DNA of 64,000 bases from the human T2T-CHM13v2.0 reference genome, Homo sapiens: assembly GCF_009914755.1 (NCBI RefSeq), contig NC_060925.1, one strand, 5' to 3'. The position numbers and the translations under genes are program-made. Shown here one piece after another: positions 54,361 through 64,000 of this stretch. Within the stretch, counting starts at the first letter, position 1. Each line of letters begins with the position of its first letter. The notes under the pieces are model-generated. The model made no database searches and was not told where the DNA came from. It worked only from the letters and a program-made list of their open reading frames with translations.

Positions 54361-55145
54361 GGCCAATCAGATGTGATCTTTTGCTGGCACTTGCTCCTTT
54401 GGCCCCCACTGCAGTAAACACTTTCCCTTGGATGTTGGTTTTCTGTTGTGTCTGGCAGCCACACAGGGCTGCTTGAACTTTAGCCAGAGGCAAATATTTA
54501 TACATCAGAGTGTGCAGTGTTCAACTGGTCAGGCCTGAGAGGGAGAGGGAGAGACCTCCGTGCCTTTTAGCCAAAGAGGATATGTCCTTTTTTTCCCCTT
54601 CCCTTTCCACCGTGACATGGTAAAGTGGGACCATACTGGATGTCATTTGAGCTTGCTGCATGTGCTTCTCTCCAAAACGTACACGTGCGCAAACTTGGGA
54701 TGTGCTTTCAAAAGAGAGGACGTCCTGACATTTCTGCCTGCTCCTTTAATTCCTCTTGGAAAGTTTACGGTTAATATTTTCCCTGGAACATTGTCAAGCT
54801 TTTGACAGTGCCTGAGTGTATGCCGAACTGTGAAATTGAGCCGGAGAAGCAAGTTGTGAGAAATCTGTTTCTACTCAGATCCGTAAGGTTTATGGGGGGG
54901 GGAAAAAAAACCAAAAAAAAAAAAAAAAAACCCAAAAAAACAAAACAAAACAAAAAACAAAAAACTTCAGAGGGGAAACTGAGAATGGGACTCGGCTTGC
55001 TTCTCCTGGTGTGGGTTCAGGCCGCCATTTTAAGGAGCCAGTGAAGGGCGACGTTCCGCTCCTTACATGGCGGCTGTATTTACTCGGCCGCAGCCAATCA
55101 GCCGGCAGTGCCAAGCCACGTGACATGCCACGAGGGCACGCACAG
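54361..55145. promoter_or_regulatory. Candidate intronic promoter/enhancer retaining CpG
   Basis: CCAAT boxes (54361-54370, 55092-55101), E-boxes CACGTG (54682-54687) and CACGTGAC (55117-55124), two YY1 motifs (55021-55031, 55065-55074); about 11 CpG in 55021-55141 by hand count. Confidence 0.65.
54894..54965. repeat. G-run followed by A-rich/(AAAAC)n low-complexity tract
   Basis: Direct reading. Confidence 0.9.
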
Positions 55146-56174
55146 CCATTTCCTTGTTTCTAAAAAACTTGCTACCTCCACAGAGTACTTTACCTTGTTT
55201 TGCATGCCAAATGTTCTTGCTGAATGTGTCTAGCAGACTGGCATTTGTCCATAAAGTTATTTTAGTAGGTAAAAAGTCTCTGAGCACTTGAGCTTTGTGC
55301 ATTCTTTATGTAAAATGGATTTCCCTTCTTGGCCAGAGGCCAAGGGTACAGCACACTCGCTGGGTGAGAAGAGAGCTTCTCTGCTGAGAAACTGGTGGAC
55401 CGACACACTCTAATTTTTTGGCTTCTGACCAAACAAGCTAGAAGGATGCCAAAATTCAACAAAATAACACATTATTGTGTGATAGGAGCCGTGCTCCAAG
55501 AGAGCAGGAACTCAGAGGAACTTCATACTGGCCCCTTTTAAAAAAGCATTGTCACTTTGGGGAGCTTTCTTAGAGAAACGAGAGGAAAATGGTAAAATGC
55601 AACCTGGAGAGTAAGGTATAATTTGCACATGAACACGAAGGAAGGAACTGAAAGAAAACAGAGGAGTTTAAAGTTACTTCTATGAACTTTTCCCAGACAT
55701 AACACACAGTTCTCTGACTTGACTTACATTCTTTTAACCCTGAAAGTTCCATCTCTGTGTCTGAGCAGAATGCTGGACTGCTTAACGTTAATATGAGAAC
55801 TAATGTGAGATTTAAACACTTTTAAAAGGTTTTAATGTCTAAGGATAGCTGCAAATTCCAAATATGAAAATTTGGCAGGCTTTTGGGGGGTAACAGAAAA
55901 CTTTTTAAACTTACATGCTTTATCTTTGCACCCTGACATGTGTTAAGTGAGTCAAATCTTCCTGTTAATTACTCTTGTGACATTAGCAAGTTATGTAAGC
56001 CCACTATACCTGTTTCCACATATGTATAATGAAGACGTTAAAGAAGATAGGTAGTAGTCTTCTGAGCCCTAAAGAAATTGAATTTGAATAAACAACTGGA
56101 ATAAGTATAAAATGCATTTCTAGTTTTTATGTGGAAATTTGTCAATCAAAAGGAAAAAAAGGGGAATATCTCCA

Positions 56175-56810
56175 GTTGAAGCCACCATCATCCTTACCCA
56201 GACTACTTGGGTAATCCTGAGTATTCCCTCTTTTTCCATTCTTGTTCCTTCACACCATAGCCAGAGTGGTATTTCAAAGAAGTTAGTTAGTTTATATCAC
56301 TCTTCTGCGTAAGAACCTCCAATGTTTTCTTATGCATCTAGAATAAAATCCAAACTTGTTGCATTGGCCTGCAAAGACACTGCATGATCTGTCTGGCTTC
56401 TGTATCTACCTTTCTAACCCCACTTTTTTTTTTTTTTTTTTTTTAACCGTGACTCCTTAGATGCTCCAGCCATACTGGTTTCCTTTCAGTTTTCAGAACC
56501 TGCCATCCCATTTGCTACTTGTCTGCTTAGAATGCATTTTTCCCAGCTCCTTTTGTGGCTGGCTTATTCTTACCTTTCAGTTCTTTCAGTTCGAATAATA
56601 GCCCTGTAAAAGAGTGTTCTGTCTAAAATTGTCCTTCCTGTTTATATTTTCCATAATACTAATAACAGTCTGAAATGCTCTTGTTAATTTATTTGATTAC
56701 TCATTTTATTTATTTATCTTTTGCACTATGATGTCAGTCCCACAAGGATGCAAACTACGTTTACTACCTTCTTTTCTACCTTTTGCACTTTTCCTAATCA
56801 CATTGGGAAT
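56175..56810 (+). mobile_element. L2 3' region
   Basis: agccagagtg...tagaataaaatccaaact...catgatctg...ctccagccatactgg. Confidence 0.8.
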
Positions 56811-56957
56811 AAAATGTTGGGCAAGTTAGAATACTCCAAAATATTTCATTTACCTTAAATTTTACTCAATCCTACATTTTATTACCTATACTCATAAGAA
56901 TTGTATTATAAAATACATTGTTAAACGAATGTTTTCAGTGCTCCATTGAGAGTCGGT

Positions 56958-57186
56958 GGAGCACACTGGTTGGGAGAAGACAGAGCTGTGAGCCATCCGT
57001 CTGCCTGTGCTTGAGTCTTGGCTCTGCCATTGACTAGTTGTATGAACTGCCGCAGGTGGTTCAGCCACTCAGAACCTCTGTAAAAGTGAGATGTAAAAAC
57101 ACTTTCTACATCATAGGATTATTGTGAAGATTAAATGTGATATGTTGTAAAATTCTGGTCACACAAGTATTAACTTACTGTTATTT
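56958..57186 (+). mobile_element. MIR
   Basis: ggctctgccattgactag...cataggattattgtgaagattaaatg. Confidence 0.75.
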
Positions 57187-57491
57187 TTGCTGCCACTGCT
57201 ATTAATTAATGGCAGTGTGGCGGCTCAGTACTAGGCAATGGGCGTGCAACTGTGATGAGAAACGCTTCTGTCCATTAAATCGTTCAGTCAGTGGAAGAGA
57301 CATGTATGTAAATAGGTAAGTTACCTACCATACATTGTGCCAAGACCTCTCACATTATGTGAACAGAATATTAAAGAATTATAAAAGAGGGAGCAATTGC
57401 CTCTGTTAAGTAGACAGCAAAGATGCCTTATAGGAAGTAGCATTTGAGACAGATTAAGTTTCTTTTTAGGTAAAAATATGTCCCCTAGAGA

Positions 57492-57705
57492 TAATAATAA
57501 AATAATAGCAACGGATACCTATGTACTTCTTTTACTAATGCACCAGAGTCTGTTTTACATATATTCTCTCATTTAATCCTTACAGCAACCTTATGAAACA
57601 GTACTGTTATCACCTTGATTTTACAGAGAAGGAAAGTGAGCCAAAGAGAGGTTATGTGGCATGCCCAAGGTCATATAACTATTAAATGTCAGTGCTGGGA
57701 TCTCG
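57492..57705 (-). mobile_element. MIR
   Basis: ctcatttaatccttacagcaacc...ttttacagagaaggaaa...tgcccaaggtca. Confidence 0.8.
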
Positions 57706-57839
57706 TACATTTTCACTCTTAGGACATCTGTGCTATCCCTGCTTAGTCACTTTGGCATCCCAGTGGTGCTGTACTTTTGCTTTCATAATACATGGAAGCC
57801 CTGGAAGGATTCAGTAAAGAGCCAGTTTCACCCTGTTAG

Positions 57840-58017
57840 CCCTTGTTGCTTTATTTGTAAAATGTCAACTGTAAAAGTATGCACCTACCTTATAGGGTGA
57901 TTATGAGAATTAAATGAGATAATTCAGGTAAAGTGCTTAGCATATTGCTTGGCATATGGTAAGCATTTAACAAATGTTCCCCGTAACTACTACTACGACT
58001 GCTATTATTATTATTAT
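57840..58017 (+). mobile_element. MIR 3' half
   Basis: cacctaccttatagggtgattatgagaattaaatgagataat...gtaaagtgcttagca. Confidence 0.8.
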
Positions 58018-58827
58018 GCCATATTGAAATGAGATCTGTGATCCCTTGTGACCTGCCCGAGCCCCCCTTCTCATGTTAGCATCCATGCTGGTATATCCAC
58101 TTCCAAAGAGAACAAGTTCCCAGCAGTTGAAATGGCATCCTACCCAGGTTGCTAGCACCATCCCTCAGCTGCTTCTCCAACTGCCATAACTGCCTTAGTC
58201 ATTTAAAAATTACTCTTCTCGTTTTATATTTCAACTCAGAAATCGATGCATCTGTGAGGCAGTTTGTTTTCCTGGGGAAGTGTAAGGAGCGGTGGTGGTG
58301 GCATGGAGATGCGCTCCGTTTAGACTCAATATTGCCACCCACTCCCTCTGCAGTGTCAGAGAACAGTCTCAGAAAGATCTGTTCCTTTCTTTCTAGACTC
58401 AGTACCACAGACTGGCCTATCCTCTGCAACTTTGCTTAGCAGCAGGAGTAGAGAAGTATTGATTGCCCACAACTTGCCTTTAAGTCTTGTTTCTGTGGTG
58501 CAGGATTTTTAAAAAGCATTTAATGTTTTCCCTGCCTTGAAGACTTCAGAACCGTATAAATGCCACTGTTTAAAGTCCTGTCCCTGCTGAAAACCAGGGC
58601 AGGTCTCATCACAGCCCCATCTCCATTTTCCTTTTGTTGAAGTGGGTCTGTGTGAGAGCGGGCTGTGCCCTCCTTCTCCACAGGGTGGGGAAAAGGCAGC
58701 CCTGTAGTAAGGAGGTTGAATAGCCTCGCTCACTTTGCCTCCTGCTTGAGGTGGACTCCGTGTTCCCAGAGATGTTGGGCCTGGTTTAGCCAGTTGTTAA
58801 ACTGAAGCAGGGTTAGCTTACCCTTGA

Positions 58828-59050
<223 letters not shown>

Positions 59051-60172
59051 AGTTTTCTTACATGACCATCTTTAGATTTCAGAGAAGGAAGAACATGATC
59101 CCAGAAAGCACACAGAGTTACAACATAGCAATAGCCCCTCCGAGCTCAACAAAAACATCTATTGTGTCATGGGCTGCAAAGAAAGAGGTATGCTGGGAAC
59201 CAATAACAAGATGCTAGGAATTTTTTTTTCTGTTCTATTTTAGCTTGAAAAACTTGTTTTCCCCATATGAGTTGTGCATTTACTCTTGGATCTTAAAAGA
59301 GGACAATTTATTAATCTGGGTTTAAATCCTGGCCCAGCCACTTGGATGCTGTTTGATTTTAGGCAAATTATTTGACTTTGTGCTATTGTGTCGTCATCGA
59401 CATCATCATCATCGTCATCTTTTAGCTGAATTCTGTGACTCTTCTAGGGCATTTATGGTAGACAGAAATCTGTTCTTGTAATGTAGAAATCAGTCATTTA
59501 GTGTATCTGAAAATTCCCATCTTCAAAAACTAGGGCCAGATTTAGTCATTCTTTTACTCTTAACTGTTGCTACCAGGTCATACCTAATTTGTATTTTTCC
59601 AAGTTACGTATATTAAAGTCATACTAATTGGTGCCTGAGCAAGTTTTCAGATTCCTGTTTGTCCGATTCCATCTGGGTCAAATTACTTAGGTACAATAAG
59701 TGCTTCCTTGTCTGTAAAATAAGGATAGTAGTATCCATTTAATAGGCTTACTGTGAAAATGACACATGATTTATATAAAAAATGGCCAGTATGGTGTCTC
59801 TTAAAAATTGTGGGGCATTATGACCAGTCAGGCAAATAAGGGACCAAGGAGATAACTGTAATCAAATCAAAGTCCTGGTATCAGGAGGTATAGTAGGGTA
59901 ACGGGTCAAGGAAAGGCATGGTCTTCTGTGGCCCAGAGAAAGCAGTGGTCTTGGCAGGTCGTGGGCTGGCAAGGTATGGAGGAGACAGATTCAGAAGCTA
60001 AGCAGACAAGGACAAGGAGCCCTGAAGATTAGAGTGTGGAGCTGGGGCCTGACCTTAGGGCAGTGACTCTTGCCCTTCTGCTTCTGTTCTGCTCTGCTTG
60101 GATTGCATATGGCTTCAGGCCCTGGAGTTACAGGTTTGGAGAGAGTGCTCTAGAGTGTGGTTAAAAGTCATT

Positions 60173-60517
<345 letters not shown>

Positions 60518-62640
60518 TCAGTAAGTTCACTGCTAGTGTTTTACTATGCAGACTCAGTTTGCCTATATTAAAAAGACTTCCTGTCTTCTTACATCCGAGG
60601 AGACTGGCTAAGCAGGAGGGCTAGGCGTGTTGAATCCTAGAAACTCACTGAATACTTACTGATGAATGGACTGGGTCTGGGTCACATCTTGGATCTGGGG
60701 AACTTTAGTTCACATTTACAGTCTTAGGATAAGGAATAATGTCACGTATTGCTTGTTCTTCTTACCGTGCTGTTTGATTTTAATAATGATATTTAGTGAA
60801 TTTAATGAAATTAAATGTGATATTAAAGAATAATGATATTTTAATAGCATTGGTTGAGTGCTGCAATGTGGCACACAGGTAGCGTTGGAAGCCTCTCCAT
60901 CAGTTACCTCATTTAATCCTCACACTACCTCTTTAGAGAGGTGGTACTATTTCCCCCCATGTTTTACTGACCAGGAAATTGGCACCAGGCAGGTGACACT
61001 AGAGGCCACGGTCTTAATGACCACACAACATGGTCTTCATCAGAATAGATTCCATCTCCATGATGCTTTGCACTAATTAATTCTTTCCGCAGCAGCACCA
61101 TGAGGTTGGCGGTTCCTTTATTTGCCAGCTGTTTATTATTTCTGTGCTACCAACATTATGCCAGGCATGGATTGGAGTGTGGAATCATTCCTGGAAGCCA
61201 GGCCATGTTCCTGAGTTGTGCTGCTGTAAGAATTGGGATTTAAAGTTCCAAATGTGTGGCTTCCAGTATTTTCCTTCTAAAACAGACACACGTCTTATCC
61301 CATTTTTATGGTTACATCACAAGAATGATTCACATTTAATCAAACAAGTCAGGCAGAATGATAGCTAATCTATCTCAGGGTTTGTTGCAAATGTTATTTA
61401 CACATATTGTGATATACCTGATTGTGTCTAGGCATCCACTGAAACAAACAAACAAATTTTATGACCTGTAGTTACACAGTTTCTAATTAGAATATGTGGG
61501 AAATCAGGGTCCAGGAATATGAGTTGAATAACATACATTCACTCTAGACCATATTTGGTTACCCTGGTACTTAAAATCTTAGTCACATGATTTAGACTTC
61601 TTGCAACACCAACTTCTTTTCTTCCTTTCTCCATGGCAGTCTTTGTATCATTTTTTTCTGCTGAGCACCAAACTCTTCTGGCAGTTTTTAAATTGAGGTT
61701 TGTAGTTTTAATGGTCTGGTACTATAAAAAGCCAACTTTGTGCCAAAATTTTTCCAAGACCAGACATGGGTTTTGACACCACAATAAATTAAAGATAAAT
61801 AAAGAAACTGGCAGTGAAAATGAAGGATTTTTTTTTTTTTCAAGCAAGCAAGGGTAGCCTATTTGTAAATTTCAGGCATGTTTTCTTAGTACTTTAGCTC
61901 AATGTTACAATGCTTAGCTACATTAATCTGTTACTGGGTAACTCCAGAAAGAATGTTAGACCAAACCATTAAGAGATTGGCGATTTTTTTCCCCCTTGAG
62001 CATTATTGAAATTTGACAACATTCTCATAGTCTCTGCTTTCTTTTAAGGATTTGGCTATCAAAAATACGGGTAAGTAAAAGGAACCAAGAGAAACTAATG
62101 ACCAAATGAATAGTAGTATTTAAAGTCTCAAGTTGCTATGATACAGGCTTCACCGTGACCTGAGTGGATAAATGCTAAACGGGATTTGCTTTCCGGAGAA
62201 TCTGGGTGCCTGTTCCACCAATTCTGTTTGTCTCTAGCCTGGTTTTTTTTTGCCTCCTCCCTTTCCCAGCACCATTTATTTTGGGTTCTGAGAAACAGCT
62301 TCCTCCCATTACAGGCACCAATTCAATTAGGCAGGAGATAGTGCTGAAGGTTTTTGTTTCCATCAGCTTCTGCTGTGTAGATAGTAGCTCTGTTTGAAAA
62401 ACTTTGAGAAGTTGTTGTGATGTGCCTCTTTCTGGGTTCCGATCCCTTCTCAGCCTGGTGATGCCATGGCATTCAAATCAATTTGTTTCTCTTCCCCTCC
62501 CCTACCCTACATCCATCATACAAAATGGGGGTGGTTGCACTAATCAGAGATCTGCTTTTTTCCCCCCACAGATATTGGTAAATTATTAAAAAACCATAAA
62601 TTTTCTTCTAGATGCTAAGTAACTCTTAACAGTCTTCTGA

Positions 62641-63071
<431 letters not shown>

Positions 63072-63208
63072 AAAAAATAACAAGTTTTGAAGCATATTAG
63101 AAATAATCCAACAAAAAATTTATTTTTCTTTAGTCTTCTAAATTAGCAAGTTTTAGGCCACCATGTGGAACTGAACCTTTTTGGAGGTTTAAAATGTCAA
63201 AATACCTT

Positions 63209-63547
<339 letters not shown>

Positions 63548-64000
63548 TCAGTCTTGACTTCATTTACTGTAAGTGCCGAAGCACCAAGTGGGAGGTGGTT
63601 TGGGAAGTATTTCTGATCTAAAGAGGAAACTCCATAAATCACCCATGGTAATGTGTCTCATTAGCAACACTCCAAGTAGATGACCAACATTCCGAGGAGA
63701 TGTTGCTCATTTTCATCCTGCATCTTGGCCTTTGTGCTTACCTGGCCCTAGCTTAGATTTTAAAATTTAAACATTTTTGTTTCTCACTCTTGAAAACTTT
63801 GGTACTCAGATTCTTAAACTCCTCTGTTAAATAGTTTTCAGATTAGCCTAGTATAGCGTTCAAAACTGGAAACCACTGCCAGAATCCTCTAATGTGGGGG
63901 AAAACATGGCTATTATCATTGAATGTGCCTCCAAAACCTATCAAAGTTGGCAGATGTCCATGTGTTTGGCTTGGACCAATTTATAAAACGTTCACATGCT

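Noticed and set aside
55018-55076. Canonical pre-miRNA call for the YY1 hairpin
   Set aside because: The 16-bp stem and 19-nt loop are short of the roughly 35-bp Drosha substrate, and I do not recognise a mature miRNA

Overview
Human genomic DNA: it carries an AluYb8 with the diagnostic GCAGTCC duplication, a human-specific subfamily. The window looks like the interior of one or more long introns of a gene probably transcribed on the + strand (all three LTRs and about 18 of 28 Alu-family copies lie on the - strand, and almost no L1 is recognisable). I could not identify the host gene. I found no supportable protein-coding exon; the ORF track is Alu-derived or random. Recognisable content: about 28 Alu/FAM/FLAM copies, many MIR and L2 relics, one L3/CR1 relic, MER5 and MER102 DNA transposons, MLT1 and LTR16 solo LTRs, microsatellites, three short tandem duplications, several candidate non-coding exons and a CpG-retaining promoter-like block at about 54.3-55.2 kb. 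I see no convincing new biological system. The best leads are (i) an inverted repeat built from two YY1 motifs beside NF-Y and E-box sites, (ii) a 127-bp tandem duplication with a fold-back templated junction, (iii) a head-to-head Alu pair only 26 bp apart, and (iv) an Alu-derived recursive-splice-site-like motif. Repeat families were assigned by eye from remembered consensus sequences, and boundaries of old repeats are approximate.
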